Positions 13,390 through 27,200 of a stretch of 64,000 nucleotides of DNA are shown here, in pieces. A program made the translations under genes and the position numbers. The stretch spans positions 20,248,303 to 20,312,302 of the forward strand of contig CM082577.2 in NCBI GenBank assembly GCA_040954595.2. Reading direction: 5' to 3'. Under the pieces are notes generated by a model. It did no database searches and was not told the DNA's origin. It saw only the letters and a program-made list of their open reading frames with translations. The DNA comes from Balanoglossus misakiensis (taxonomy: Eukaryota > Animalia > Hemichordata). Numbering within the stretch: the first letter of the stretch is position 1; the number at the start of each line of letters is the position of its first letter.

Positions 13390-14393
13390 GGGACCGTTCA
13401 GTTTTTACGGCGGGGGGGGGGGGGGGGGGGGGGGGGGGTCATCGGTTCTCAAAATCAGGCCGACCCCCCCCCCTTCACCCAGGACCAAAAAATGATGACC
13501 CCCCCCCCCCCCCCCGATCCTATGTACACTGTATGCAATAAAGGGAATGAGGCTCCTCACACCTCAATTATAAATTTCTTAACGTATTATTGAACTATAT
13601 AATAGTATATCGTTGCAATAAAGAAATCTATGAACAAATGTAAATGGCAAGTCAATACAATAGTTGCTAGAATTGGTAAAACAAGAAAAGTGGCGGGGGT
13701 GGGTGTGGGAGGGGGACACTCAAAGTATACGCATCGGGGGTGGGGTGGCAAGAAGTCTTCCCTGGTACAGTAGACAAACCAGTGAATAAATGCAATGTGG
13801 CGAAGAATGGAGGGGGTGGGAGGGGGTGTCCCCCTCCCACATAAGAAAATTTTGTAAAATATGTAGCGCAAAGTTGCATTTTAATGAACTCAAAAGCAAA
13901 TTATCTCAATGTTTGGGAGGACCAATTTTACTGAATTACCACTCCACTCAAAGTTAGAAGATTTGGCGTCATCTTCGTCATGACATTATTTATAAAACTT
14001 CTAGTATATAGAAGATGCAGCGCGAAACTATCAGTTATGCAAAATGGTTTAAACAATTATTCTCCTTTATGTATTCACTTTGTTAAATATTATCATCAGT
14101 GGGGTTGGGGTGGCAAGCACTCTGCCCTGGTACACTAGACAAACCAGCAAAAAATGCAATGTGGCGGAGAATGAAGAGGGTGGGCGTACAAAATTTTCTA
14201 ATGTGGGAGGGGGACACAGAAAATTTTGTAAAATAAAGGGTGCGAAACTGCAATTTTGTAGACTCAAAAGCAAAAGTTCGGTGACAAAAGTATGTGACCC
14301 CCCTAAACGTTTAAAAAAAACAGATGATCCCCCTTTGTGGACTTCAAAATTTAAGTAACCCCCCCCCCCAGGCCGTAAAAACTGAACGGTCCC
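13390..14393. mobile_element. PIF/Harbinger-type MITE (family B)
   Basis: TTA|GGGACCGTTCAGTTTTTACGGC ... GCCGTAAAAACTGAACGGTCCC|TTA. Confidence 0.9.
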
Positions 14394-14430
14394 TTATATC
14401 CATAAAAAAAATTGTATGCTGTCAATACAC

Positions 14431-14595
14431 CCTTTTCATAATTCTAGCACCCTCACACAGCCATGATGAATTTGAACTCAAAGCGAGACCAATGGGGAAA
14501 AGTTGACCAATCACATCAAGGGATTACCCCCATTGGCCTCGCTTTGAATTCAAATTCATCATGGCTGTGTGAGGGCGCTACACTTATGAAAAGGC
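14431..14595. repeat. Long palindrome (hairpin core of a non-autonomous element)
   Basis: CCTTTTCATAA..CCCTCACACAGCCATGATGAATTTGAA ... TTCAAATTCATCATGGCTGTGTGAGGG..TTATGAAAAGG. Confidence 0.75.
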
Positions 14596-14829
14596 TAGAA
14601 ATCGGAATCTTAAGTTTTCATCGTTTTTCAGAAAATCCAGTATGCCGCCATAAAGTTCGACCAATCACAATGCGCTTCTCATGCTTGATACACAATTGGT
14701 TAGGTGACCACATACCCCAGTAGTGACCGGTTCTGGAAAAGTAGATTGTTGAAATTTTCATGAGTTTTTTTCTTGTGTAAGCCCTACTTGCTTTGTTATA
14801 CCCAATGGCTTCTGCGTCAATAAATTATA

Positions 14830-15200
14830 TTATCACATGAACTGGCCCAGATCACCACCTGTGTGACGTAGACCAGGACAGATCAAAAATCCAGATCACC
14901 CCTGTTCTACGTCATCAACCGGAACTATTTCCACCCATTCGCAGTAGCTTTGTTGTCAAACAGAAAAAAATACGCGTGCCCGCATTTACAATACAGAAAT
15001 GAAATTTTAAAAAAATGACGGTTCCATGACAATATCGCTTTGTTAGCTCAAAACAGAAATGTGGAATTCGGAAAGAAGACAGTCATACATATACCGCCAT
15101 GATCGCTCTGAAAGTTGACGGAGCGATCATGGACGCTCGTGGCTGTCACAGTTTCGGGTCAGGTACATAGCCTATAGGCTAGGCGCAAGTCCGGTACGTT
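14830..15200 (+). repeat. Interspersed repeat, direct copy at ~37125-37430
   Basis: Shared TATCACATGAACTGGCCCAGATCACCACCTGTGTGACGTAGACCAGG...GGGTCAGGTACATAGCCT. Confidence 0.8.
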
Positions 15201-15689
15201 CGGTCGTTCCGAGTCGATTCAGCGTGGGGAATTGTTTCGAGCCAGTTCAGCGTGATGACAGAACCTCTATATTCCACCGGTCAACGAAAAGACGTGGCAA
15301 CAAGTCGAAGTAAAATTGTCAGAGAATCGATTACATTTGTGTAAGGGCGAACAGAACTCAACGGGACGACTTGTGAGATTTTATGAGTGATCAGCGATAG
15401 TTCATCATTTGCGTATATGCAAATGATAGTTCATCATTTGCGTATATGCAAATGATGAATGATGGGAGATTTTATTTATATCTCGTGGAAAATAATCCAG
15501 CTAAGTAAAATACGACGCCGCTCCAAAATTGTTGCAAGATACTGAATTTTTTTAGTCCTGCCTCTTCTAACGTAAAATAAGAAGACTGTTCATGTGATGA
15601 ATATATAATCCCACGATATCTTTCAAACCTGAGTCGGCCAAAATTCGGGTACCATTTAAGTGCGGAAGCGGCCAAAATTTAATCCCTAA

Positions 15690-16257
15690 GGGACCGTTCA
15701 GTTTTTACGGCCGGGTGGGGGGCGGTTTATTTTACACAATGTGTAAGCGGAACACCCCCTCCCACACCCACCCCCTTCATTCTCCGCCACATTGCATTTT
15801 TTGCTGGTTTGTCTACTGTACTAGGGCAGACTTCTTGCCACCCCACCCCCGATGCTTACTTTGAGTGGAGTGGCAAAATTAAAATTTGTCCCCCCTAACA
15901 TTGAGTTAATTTGCTTTTGAGTTCATTAAAATGCAACTTTGAGCACCATATTTTACAAAATTTTCTTAATTTTCTTTCACACCCGCCACTTTTCTTGTTT
16001 TACCAATTCTAGCAACTATTGTATTGACTTGACATTTTAGTTTGTTCATAGATTTCTTTATTGCGACGACATTAGAAAATTTTGTAAAATAAAGGGCGCG
16101 AAACTGCAAAAGTTCGGTGGCAAAAGTATGTGACCCCCCCCCTAAACGTTTAAAAAAAAACAGATGACCCCCCCGCCCCTTTTGGAATTCAAAATTTAAG
16201 TGACCCCCCTGGATTTTGCCGCCCCCCTCCCCCCGGCAGTAAAAACTGAACGGTCCC
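15690..16257. mobile_element. PIF/Harbinger-type MITE (family B, internally deleted)
   Basis: GGGACCGTTCAGTTTTTAC ... GTAAAAACTGAACGGTCCC, flanked by TAA and TTA. Confidence 0.85.
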
Positions 16258-16708
16258 TTAGCCGACTGCCAGCTTTTAAGAAAATCATGTACCCAGAATG
16301 CGTGATTGCCAGTGATAAACCTGCTGTTTCTAGAGTAGTGAAGAGACATCAATCAGTTCCAATATTTACCAGATCACCAGATATTGTCCAATTTACTAAT
16401 TACATTTGTATGACAGTAGAGAACATTTCCTAAACAGTGTGACCCCAGCTGAAGAAACTGACAATTCTCTTGGTGCAAATACAATTAATTTAGTTTGAAG
16501 AAAGATGGGCAATTTCAAGCTGCACATGATCATATCATTTTACTACAAGATCAAAAAGAAAAGACACAACATTCAGCACAATGGTTCAAATTGCGAATTT
16601 ATGAACAAAATTTGGTCTACTTTTCCAGTTTTCCTATGGTGTACATGTTATAATCACAGTGTACATATGTACATACATCATCTGACATTCATAATATCGA
16701 CTACTCAC

Positions 16709-16779
16709 TTTCTTTCTCGTTTGAGTTTCCTGATTACTTTCTTCACATGAAAAAGTCTGTTGGCAACCTTTCCATTTCC
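16709..16779 (-). CDS. TFPT: TFPT-like, exon 2
   Basis: cag|GGA...AA|gtgagt, 71 bp. Translates GNGKVANRLFHVKKVIRKLKRER, similar to TFPT [23 protein letters not shown]. Confidence 0.88.
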
Positions 16780-16854
16780 CTGCCATCAATAAAGGAGAAC
16801 ATGGCTTAATTATATAACACTGTGGAAATTCTCTATAAAAATGATACAACTATT

Positions 16855-18210
16855 GATATTACACCTCACGTACTATGTCGTATTCGTGATTGGCTGAGAC
16901 GCGCTCACGTGACATAGAAAAAAAGCGATATGCATAACATGGCTAGGGTTGATAAAGCCCTGTTGATATTGCCCGCTGGGTTGACTTCTGTGCATAACAA
17001 ACTGTCGTTCAATGGCTTCCTTCACGATCAGTCAACTCCCGCATCTATGGCTTCAAAGCGACACACAGGCTTAATACCTGTTCAACTAGACGATATTTTA
17101 CTGCAAACGGGCAGTAAATACACCAAAATCGCAACCAACAGCGCAGTATTCTCAGGCTCAGGCTGGTGATCTCCGACTATGGTCAGAGATCACCATCCCT
17201 CATGCAGGCTTCAAATCGTGTTGTAACACACCATGCAGCGAACCCTTGATCATGATTCGTCAATACGCCGTCACATGACCTTAGTAATTTCGAACTGTTC
17301 CCTAGGGCATCATTTCGATCGGTTTCTGCCCGGTACTGTTGCCCCGTCTTGATATAATTCCGTGTTTGGTGTGTTACAAAACACATGACGACTGACATAT
17401 TCGGGCAACAGTGTATTTTTGATGACCTCGGGACTGCCAGTCACACCAAAACAGTCTGTTTTAGTTGTGACTAGCAGTGCCCTCGGTCATCAAAATACAT
17501 TATTACACCTCACTCTGTATTCTGTACTTTTGATTTGCTGAAACCGTACCACGTGACATAGAAAAAAATGTGATATTACATGGTTTACAGAGTCTATGGC
17601 CCGTAGGTAGGGGCTACGGGCCGGGGATACGCGCGCGCTGAGAGAATATTGCAGGCTGAGAACAGGTTTTAGGTTCTGCGCATCTTTTCTGCGCATAACA
17701 AACTGTCGTTCAATGGAATTCCTTCACGATCAGTCAACTCCCGCATATATGGCTTCAAAGCGACACACAGGATTAACAGCTGTTCAACTGGACAATACTT
17801 TACCGCAAATGGACAGTAAATACACCAAAGTTGCAACCAACATCGCGGTTTATCTGAGTTCGAAGTAGGTACACTGTACAGCGATATATTTTAGTTCACT
17901 GCAACCAGCATCGTACGAAATGGACGCAACCCTCTATGCTGTGTATGGTCAAATGTTCGGTATAATAAAATTAATAACACATGTCATGCTCGGGCAATAT
18001 CATGATCTTTGGCCTGCCCTCGGGCTGGTGATCTCTGACCATAATATTGCCTGCAGCTCGGGCAACATCAATATTATGGTCAGAGATCACCATCCCTCGA
18101 GCAGGCTAGATATTGCCCTCGCTAACATGTGTTATTATTTAACTGTTGCCCTCATTGTCAGTCATCATGTGTATAATATTGCCCTCGCTATCATGTGTTA
18201 TTATTATAAG
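16855..18210. repeat. Cluster of partially duplicated palindromic repeats
   Basis: GCATAACAAACTGTCGTTCAATGG...GCAACCAAC at ~16990 and ~17693. Palindrome TAATAACACATG...CATGTGTTATTA at 17972-18138. Confidence 0.65.
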
Positions 18211-18699
18211 CTTTTTGACTGTCTTTCAAGTTTCACAGTAACAGCACAGGGATCAGATGGCATATTGTTTAATATTTTATCAGTTATTGTTTGATTATTA
18301 TTTTTTATTTTTAATAAAAATTATTTTATCAGAAATCCTTTGCCATTTTTACTAGTCAGGGGCAATTAACTTGCTGGGGCAATTAACACTATAACAGATA
18401 TGGACCGTTTTTTTCAGAGAAAACACTGCAAGTGGACAGACATAGAGCCTGGGGTAACGGTGGCTTTAATTTAAAATAATATGAGGTTATAATGAAATAC
18501 TGTCAATCCAATATTCCCATGCGACTGTGCTGCCACCCCGAGACTAATTGAATTGAAGAAACGAAACAGATTTTGTATTTTTGTGAATTTATACCCCGCC
18601 ACTGTTACATGGTTTAATTAAACCAACTTTTCATTAAATTATCTTTTAAATCCAAATAATCAAACTTTAAAGTTTCTTAATATGAATGTACTTCCTTAC

Positions 18700-18957
18700 G
18701 CTCTCGATCTGCTCGCATCTTCTTAGTAAGGTGGTATATTTTCGTTTATATTTTCTCTCCTCTGGGTGGAGGGTTTCGTCCTCTTGGAGACAACCTAGGA
18801 CATCTTGTCCAGTCCGAATGGCTACTGCATGTCCGTCCTCTTGATTGGCATTAACGGCGAAACCTTGCGCCCAACATGTTGCAGTCCCTGTTGCAAAGGC
18901 ATCACCGCCAATGCCACCATCCTTTCCTACAAGTACAAGATCCCCGTCTGTCGCCAT
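18700..18957 (-). CDS. TFPT: TFPT-like, first coding exon
   Basis: ataATGG start (an in-frame ATG also at 18975). MATDGDL...EERKYKRKYTTLLRRCEQIES|gtaagg resembles TFPT RRKYQALGRRCREIEQ. Confidence 0.85.
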
Positions 18958-18979
18958 TATCTTCGGTTGTCTCATCTGT

Positions 18980-19400
18980 GGTCATGACGAGGGTTTATAT
19001 TCAGCTTCGACTTCGGATACGCGATCAACAACTCCAAGCCCCACTGATACAACTAGTCTGGAAGATATCAGTGGCGCTTCGAGTTGTTGATCCGAGGGCG
19101 TGTGCTAACGACTACATTAATGGTTACAGATTTAGTAGACTATTTATCCCAGACTCGATCGGAGTAGTCTCAGTTACCCAGACCCCTCGAGATCTTCTCC
19201 TTCCGTTGGGCACTCAAAAGATTCGGACACAGCTTCGGATTCGAATGTCGGAATACGTCCACGCAACCTCTATCAGTACGCTTATTTAGATCAACCACTC
19301 TTAGTTTGAAGGTAAAATAATGGAAAAAGTGGCAGCTCTCGAGCCACCAGGTACCGGTATATATGAAGGCTTTATTTCTGACAAATTTCTCATGCTACTT
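18980..19400 (-). promoter_or_regulatory. Probable 5' UTR/promoter of the TFPT-like gene
   Basis: Non-repetitive, CpG-enriched sequence directly upstream of the first coding exon. Confidence 0.4.
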
Positions 19401-19435
19401 TTTCAGTTAGGGGTAAAGATTGGGGAAAATGCTAA

Positions 19436-21235
19436 GGGACTGTTCGGAATTTACTTCCAGGGTGGGGCCGGAGGATTTCTTATTTTCCTGGTGATTTTTT
19501 TCCATGCCCCCTAGTAAATTGTGGAAGAAATCTGTGGCCCCCCTTAAATTTCCTGTTTTTTTCCATGCCCCCCCCCCCCCAATATATACATGCATGCTTA
19601 CAGACTACGGCACATAAAGTCTGACAAGTTCATCGATCACCCTTTGCAAGAACAATCAAGAGATCATTTACTTACTGATATAACCAATTTTACAAGGGAC
19701 AGTTAAGTGGTCATAAAAATCACGTTTTTGCAGGGACTGCAACTGGCACACTTTTGGGAAGCCTAGCAATGGACAACTATTAAAGATTGTAGTTTTCTGA
19801 AAATAAGTTAATTATGACAAAAATTCCTGTCACTTTGTCCACTACATCAAACACTTTAGTTGTAAATAAGCCATGTCAAAAAACGCTGCATCAGCACTTT
19901 TGCATCAGAGGTTTTTCAAAGGAAAATATACCATTCTTATTATGATCGTTGTATCTAATAGACTTTTGAGAAAACTGTGTTGAAATTTTTGGATAAGGTG
20001 CCAAAAGAAGAACATTATTAAATGATGTGAAGAAAACACTATGTCACCATGCTTGATTTTTTGATAGAGCTGTTCAGATATGTTACCATAGGAAAACTCT
20101 AGCATCAGGAGTGCAAGAAAAGTGCTGACTTAGGGACTGTCCAGAATTTACTTCCAGGGGGGGGGGGAGGATTTTCAGGGGGGCCACCCATTTTCCCCAA
20201 TAAAAATTAGGGGGGGGGGGGGGCCAGACATAAAAATCACAATCCTTTAGGGGGGGGGGCATGTAAAAAACCCTCACAAACTCAATATTTGCCCCGAAGT
20301 ACTGATTTATAAGAAACAAACCACCATGGCTACCTGGATGACAGATGAACTCCACAAGTGCATTAAATCTTCGAATTTCCGGTAATTTTTACGGTGGGTT
20401 ATTTTGTATATCTACTACAGTTTCTTGTTCTACTCTGTGAAGCATAATAAAATGTCCAGCTTATTTGGCCTGCCAGCACAGACCATATATGTACAGTGAA
20501 CAGTCAGTGTTGTTACTATTGATAACTGAGCTCAATTCAAGTCCAGACAAGTTTTAAAGAATTATACTCCTTTGACAATCTATTTACTTTTCTATGACAA
20601 AAGATACCAGCAGCTAGTGATAAATTAATTCTACATTTTTTAAGAATTAAGCGTAGTACGCCTAAAGTATTTTGTGGAGTGACTGTGAATAAAGTAAGAC
20701 ATAATAAATCACATTTATTTTACTTGCTAAAATATGGTACTCAGGTAAGAATCCAGATTTAAAGCACTACTAGCCGTAACTCTTGTTAACTCTTAAGATT
20801 TGTTGACCTCAAAGTATTTATCGATTTCTTTTCTATTTTGTTCAAAATTGGACATTTGTATGGGCAAGAATTCTGATTCCTACAAACTAAAATAATACAC
20901 AATGTTTATTTTTAAAATGTCTTTTTGTTCCTCAGTCTGAATCGTGCTTGTCTACAGTTTTTGTGAGGCTCAACATAGTCGAATTTGCAATTTCTGTCTC
21001 ATTGAAAAGATATTAATAGCACCCTGCTTTCTGGTAATATTAATTTTAAAGAGACATTAGCTTTAACTTTTGTCAATTTTTATCTGTATGTTTAGTTTTC
21101 TGTGTCAAGTGCACTTTCTTGATCCACTCCTCAGAGTATGCTCATGTGTAACAGCAAATATTCTGCCTGTGGTGTATCTATTGTTTTGATTATAGTACAA
21201 ACACATAAAATTATATTGTTTTGTGCCAGCCGAAA

Positions 21236-21271
<36 letters not shown>

Positions 21272-21934
21272 TGCATGACTACATTATTTTTTAAGTTAAA
21301 AATTTAAAAAAAAAGAACAATTTTTAATTTACCCATTGAAAAACAAGAAACATTTTATTTATGTTTTGCCAAAACTTGCAGAATATTTTGAAAATACTGT
21401 ACAAGACACAATCTCATGTTTGATTTGAATTTTCTAAAAAATACTTGATTGTTGATTGTTAAAAGGAGAAAGTAAAATGTGAAATTGTTAAACAATTGAT
21501 TATTGTCAATTTCCTGAAACTGTCATGCTGTATTGAAAAATATAAAACAAATACCATGTCACTCTGCTTGATAATTAGATACAACGATAATTGTATATTT
21601 TCCTTTGAAAAACCTCTGATGCAAAAGTGCTGACGCAACGTTTTTTTGACATGGCTTATGTACAACTAAAGTGTTTGACGTAGTGGACATAGTGACAGGA
21701 ATTTTTGTCATAATTAACTTATTTTCAGAAACCTACAATCTTAGTTGCCCATTGCTAGGCTTCCTAAAAGTCCCCTGTAAAATTGGTTATATCAGTAAGT
21801 AAATGATCTCTTGATTGTTCTTGCAAAGGGTGATGAACTTGTCAGACTGTATGTGCCCGTAGTCTGTAAGCATGCATGTATATATTGGGGGGGGGGGGGG
21901 GGGGGGCATGGGAAAGTAAATTCTGGACAGTCCT
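19436..21934. mobile_element. Composite Harbinger-type fold-back element (family C)
   Basis: TAA|GGGACTGTTCGGAATTTACTT ... AAGTAAATTCTGGACAGTCCT|TAA. Inverted arms ~19575-19930 vs ~21595-21890, plus an extra internal terminus at ~20133. Confidence 0.7.
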
Positions 21935-21952
21935 TAATTGAGATAATATTAA

Positions 21953-22135
21953 AGGTATATGGTCACCTATGGAAATTTAGCTACAGTTACCACGATAACT
22001 TGAGATCTAGCCAATCATGGATTTTCAGTGGGTGGCACACGCGAAAAAATAAGAGTGCCACCATATGTTCTTTAGACCCCTCAAATACGCCATTTCAGCC
22101 ATATACATACATAAATTGGCAGTGACCGTATACCT
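21953..22135. mobile_element. Kolobok-type MITE; copy at 49367-49550, relative at 47730-47867
   Basis: TTAA|AGGTATATGGTCAC ... GTGACCGTATACCT|TTA. Confidence 0.8.
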
Positions 22136-22138
22136 TTA

Positions 22139-23030
22139 GGGACCGTTCAGTTTTTACGGCTGGGGGGGGGGGGCGGCAAGTTTGTGTCATCGGTTTTCAA
22201 AATCAGGCCAACCCCCCCTTAACCCAGCACCAAAAAATGATGACCCCCCCTTTGACAGACCCAAAAATATGATGACCCCCCCCCCCCCCCCACGCCGAAA
22301 ACATTCGCCGTCCTGATCCTATGTACACTGTATGCAATAAAGGGAATGAGGCTCCTCACACCTCAATTATAAATTTTATAAAGTAATTGAAGTATATAAT
22401 AGTATATTGTTGCAATAAAGAAATCTATGAACAAAATAAAATGACAAGTCAATACCAGAGTTGATAGAATTGGTAAAACAAGAAAAGTCACATAAGAAAA
22501 TTTTGTAAAATATGGTGCTCAAAGTTGCATTTTAATGAACTCAAAAAGCAAATTAACTCAATGTTAGGCATGACAAATTTTAATTTTGCCACTCCACTCA
22601 AAGTAAGCATCAGGGTAGGGTGGGAAGAAATCTGCCCCGGTACACTAGACAAACCAGCGAATAAGTGCAATGTGGCGAAGAATGGAGGGGGTGGGTGTGG
22701 AAAATTTTGTAAAATATGTAGCTCAAAGTTGCATTTTTATGAACTCAAAAGCAAATTATCTCAATGTTTGGGAGGACCAATTTTACTTTTTGCCACTCCA
22801 CTCAAAGTTAGAAGATTTGGCGTCATCTTCGTCATGACATCATTTATAAAACTTCAAGTCTATAGAAGATGCAGCACGAAACTATCAGTTATGCGAAATG
22901 GTTTAAACGATTATTCTCCTTTATGTATTTACTTTGTTAAATATTATCATCAGTGGGGTTGAGGTGGCAAGCACTCTGCCCTGGTACACTAGACAAACCT
23001 GCAAAAAACGAAATGTGGCGGAGAATGACC
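22139..23030. mobile_element. Harbinger MITE family B, right end truncated
   Basis: Starts GGGACCGTTCAGTTTTTACGGC and is colinear with 13390-14180. Confidence 0.8.
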
Positions 23031-23069
23031 GGGGCGTGCAGCTAGCAGAAGATGACTGTTGATTTGGTC

Positions 23070-23900
23070 ACTACCTGCAATACAGCCAGATATGACTGTA
23101 AGATTGTCCCAATTCTACTGTATGGAAGTGCTATTTGGGGAACTCATAATTGCACCGATACTGAAAAAATACACCATAAATTTTGTAAATTTAATCTAGG
23201 AGTTGGTATGAGCACAGTGCTGATTACCCATCCATTGTAAGAAACTGCTATGAATTGGGGTATGAATTGCTTTAGCATTGTATATTAAAACATACCAAGT
23301 AGAAATGGCTTTGTAGAAGTTTGGTTAAATCTTCTTCATAGTGTTAATAGTCTTCAGCAGAGATGTTATGATGTTTCCACACAAGAATGGTATTCCGATA
23401 TCTGTAATAATTCTAAATTAACGACATACTGTAAATTTAAACATACCTTAACCTGTGAGATATACCTTTGCTGTATTTCAAATCACATGTATAGAAATGC
23501 CCTTTCTCGTTTTAGAGAATCATCTAATTGTCTTTCTATTGGAAAGGGTAGAAAGGGCGGAATCCCCCGAGAAAATAGGTCATGTCCATTTGGTTGTAAT
23601 TCTATAGAGGATGAATATCATTTTGCACTGGTAGTGGTATGTACAAAATATGACGCTATTAGATTTTACTACACACCTACGAGTGAATGGAAATGTTTTC
23701 TTGTGCAATCAAAAAATCAGCATGTAATGGAAAATACCTTGTTATTCATTTAAAAATCATGAAAGTCTTGTAACAGAGTGAGGACACAGAAGAGAATGTG
23801 CCTCATTGTCACAGTTGGGGCGACAGATACTGTTTCTTTCTGTAAAAATTATATTGTACATAAAACTGATGTCCTAAAGTACTGAATAAAAGCTGATATT
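23070..23900 (+). mobile_element. Degenerate non-LTR retrotransposon 3' fragment (RTE-X-like)
   Basis: IVPILLYGSAIWG..EKIHHKFCKFNLGV and YRNALSRFR..LSIGKGR..RENRSCPFGCNSIEDEYHF (C-terminal Zn finger). Frameshifted; AATAAA at ~23885. Confidence 0.75.
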
Positions 23901-24239
23901 ATTATAAATGGCAATATTTCAGTGATTAAAACAATCCAGACAGAAAAAATTCTCCAAACAAATTTTGATCACTACCCTGTAGAATCTGATCAACTTTAAT
24001 ACAGAAAGACAACAGCTGTATGAAAGGGAAATAGAGCATTGGATGATGGGATATGGTTACATTTCTTTGGACAACTTCCTGCTGGCAGTTGCAAAGCTAT
24101 TGAATGGTATTTTTTTTCTTCTTCTACAGACACAGTAATGTAAACGACACTTTCAAAAGACATGTTGAACTGGGCCAGTGAGTGTATATTTAGGATATGT
24201 GTGCAATGTAAACAATAAAACACGCAAACAACAAAACAT

Positions 24240-27200
24240 TTGGTATGATCAGTTTTATTTTACATATATCACTTTGTGTATATAATGTTTATCATCAAGA
24301 AAATCACACATTCTCAAAATCAAGATTAAAAATTACAACAACTTGGGTTCATACATTGGTCACAAAATAACAATCTTAAATTAAAATTTTATAAGGACTA
24401 TGTTTGACCACAAAAGTTGTCCTGATTAAACTGCAAATCTGTCGGACAGACATCATGGTTTGTTATTCCATAGTTTACCATATTCAAGCACAGTTAATTA
24501 TGAAAATCAAAGGTGACCATGGTGGGATATAGTTTTATCCCTATATATTACACCCTCTGTTTTCAACTTATTAGCACACATTTTCATTTTCGAGCAAAAT
24601 GAAAGGCAAATGTCCTATATTTATCCAGTGTAAAGGACTTTTATGATTTGTTTTGTCACTTAAATTTCGAACCATATTTTGGGATTTTTTTGTTGAATTT
24701 ATTATTGCCAAGGAATTATAGTCTAACCTGACATGATGCCATTAATTCATATACCAACTGGTCAAAGGACAAAGATGTCTACTTTCTTCGTATATAATTA
24801 ACTGACCACTTCCAAAAATGATATCAACGCTTGCCATAATTTTTTATGGGGAGACCACCATCCCTGTTACAGTGTTAGTGCTCCTACGGTAGTCATAATA
24901 TTAAATAATCAGAAATGATACATGAAAATAGATCTGGGAGTGAATCCATCATTACACTGCTTGACCAATGGCACAGAATTCAATAAAATTCTAATGAAAG
25001 AGATAATCACAGACTGTAAGATAACCATTGATCTGTCTTAAAAAGCCAGGGATGCAAGAATGAAATATCCAATATAAATATGGCTTAAAGTACTAATAAT
25101 CCATATAATGACTTGGTGAAGCGTACACATACACACAGCTGTCCAGTACATACTTGTATAGACATTCTGATTTGGCTGGAATAATTTGTGTTCAGTAAAA
25201 ATGCTCTCAATTATACTGCCATTTTACATACATTTCACACAATCTGTAAAACACTCAGTATATGCAGTGAAACCTATATAAGCCGACCCTTGTCTAAACT
25301 GGTGAACTGATGGAAGTATGGTGTCCTGCTACCACACATCAAATACTGTGTTCTCAGTATGAGAAAGGGCAATTCTATTTTATTGTTGTCCACTGATTAA
25401 ACTACATGATTTACACAGTATTGTTCAAAAACACCCCCAGTCTGCACATCAGACCCTAGAACACGCATAGCATGTATGGTCACTCATATGATCAGAGACC
25501 ATTCGAAGGCAACTTTCTTATCAATCTTTGAAGTGTCTAGTGGAACTACAGTGGTGACTCCTCCAGTCATTGACAGGCAAAAGAACTGTCTATGATCAGG
25601 ATTAAGAATATATAATTAATTTATTTGTTTGATACTGAAAAAAAGACATTTGGAAATTTATCAATCATTTAAAATCCCCAATTCAAACAAAACATATATA
25701 GTTTCTGTGAAGTGAAGAGTTTTTCGGTGAGCATTTGTCCATTTGTTTTTTGGTTGTTATGTACACAGTGTGGATATACATAGACTAAAATATGCAAGTG
25801 TTCAAAAAAGGCTCAAGCACACATCATTTGGCGAACATATGTTTCTTTAAACCAAATAGCTACCACTTTTAGTGCATTTTCATTTAGTCAAACTACTTCA
25901 ATCATCTCCTCATCCTTAGTACAATTATAACTAACCAAATTACAATGTCATAATCATTTATTAGAAATGTAACACTTTTGAACATTTCCTTCATGGCTGC
26001 AAAAATACTTTTCATAAACTGCTGGTTTTCTCATCAGTTATATGCAGCAACATTGTAACGAATTCCTAACAAGAACACTTCTGAAAACTGGTACACTGAT
26101 TTTAGAGAATTTTGTCCAAATTTTGAGGCAATGTCAATGTCTTTTATAAACACAGCTTGTAAAAACAAACATGTCCTAAGAGTAAAAGAAATATATTGTC
26201 ACAAAATTATTCAAAAAGGTTTCCAACTCTATAATTAAAAAACACACATATCTAGACGTCTTACTTAGACTAACCATGACATGCATTCTGCATGTACCAG
26301 GAATATTGCAGCTTTAGTTTTTAGACATTGCTTGAGGGCGCTCTCCATGATAATTATTTACAGCAAGTTTATTCAAAAAGTAGTAAGCATTAAATTTCCA
26401 TAAGCTGTAACTTTTTGCTGATTTTAGTAATTTTGCTTTGTGTATCTACTGCAGTTTCTTGTTCAAATACCCGAAGGTGGATGAAATGCCCAGTATCAAG
26501 ATTAAATGCAACCTATATGTATATAGTCGGCATTGTTATTGTGCCAAATTTTAATTCAAGTTCAAATCAGAAATTCTTTGTCAACAATAACAATGGCCAT
26601 TACATGTGGATCGGAGTATCTAGAATGCTGTTTGGAGTTGAGCAAGAAATTGCATTTGATATATAGAACATAAATACTGAAAATAAAGCCAAATGTTACA
26701 GCTATGTCCCTTAAAGGGGAAATCTGTCGTAGCTGATTTCTACATAATTTGGTAGCTTTGATGTCACTCTTTCAGAAAAAAACATATTCGCCATGTATAG
26801 GTCGCGCGATTTTTTACAAAATCTAGGGAAAGTTGGCAGAATTTCCAATATGGCGTTTACTGTAATTTGAATCATGGGAAAAAAAGCGCCAGGAGCAACT
26901 TCCGCCCACCATGGTGTGGGTGATACCATTCTCCGATTGGTGTCACTGGGCGACAGACTAGGCGTATTTTCATAGCTATTGTTTGTTCTTTGCATCAGTT
27001 GATAAACAATCATCAGCAAAGTCGAAAATTTGTCATCTATTGACAGTTTTCATGAGCTATAACCCATGGAAAATATGCAAATACGCTTAGCTTGTGACAC
27101 AGTGACACCAATCGGAAAATGGTATCACCCACACTAAGGTGGGCGGAAGTTGGTCCTGGCGCTTTTTTTCCCATGATTCAAATTACAGTAAACGCCATAT

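Noticed and set aside
15396-15456. Short tandem duplication with ATTTGCGTATATGCAAAT palindrome (similar 30-bp duplication at 39243-39303)
   Set aside because: Small local duplications within repeat-derived DNA, with no evidence of function.
18805-19289. Plus-strand ORFs overlapping TFPT-like exon 1
   Set aside because: Antisense shadows of a GC-richer exon and 5' region, with no motif.
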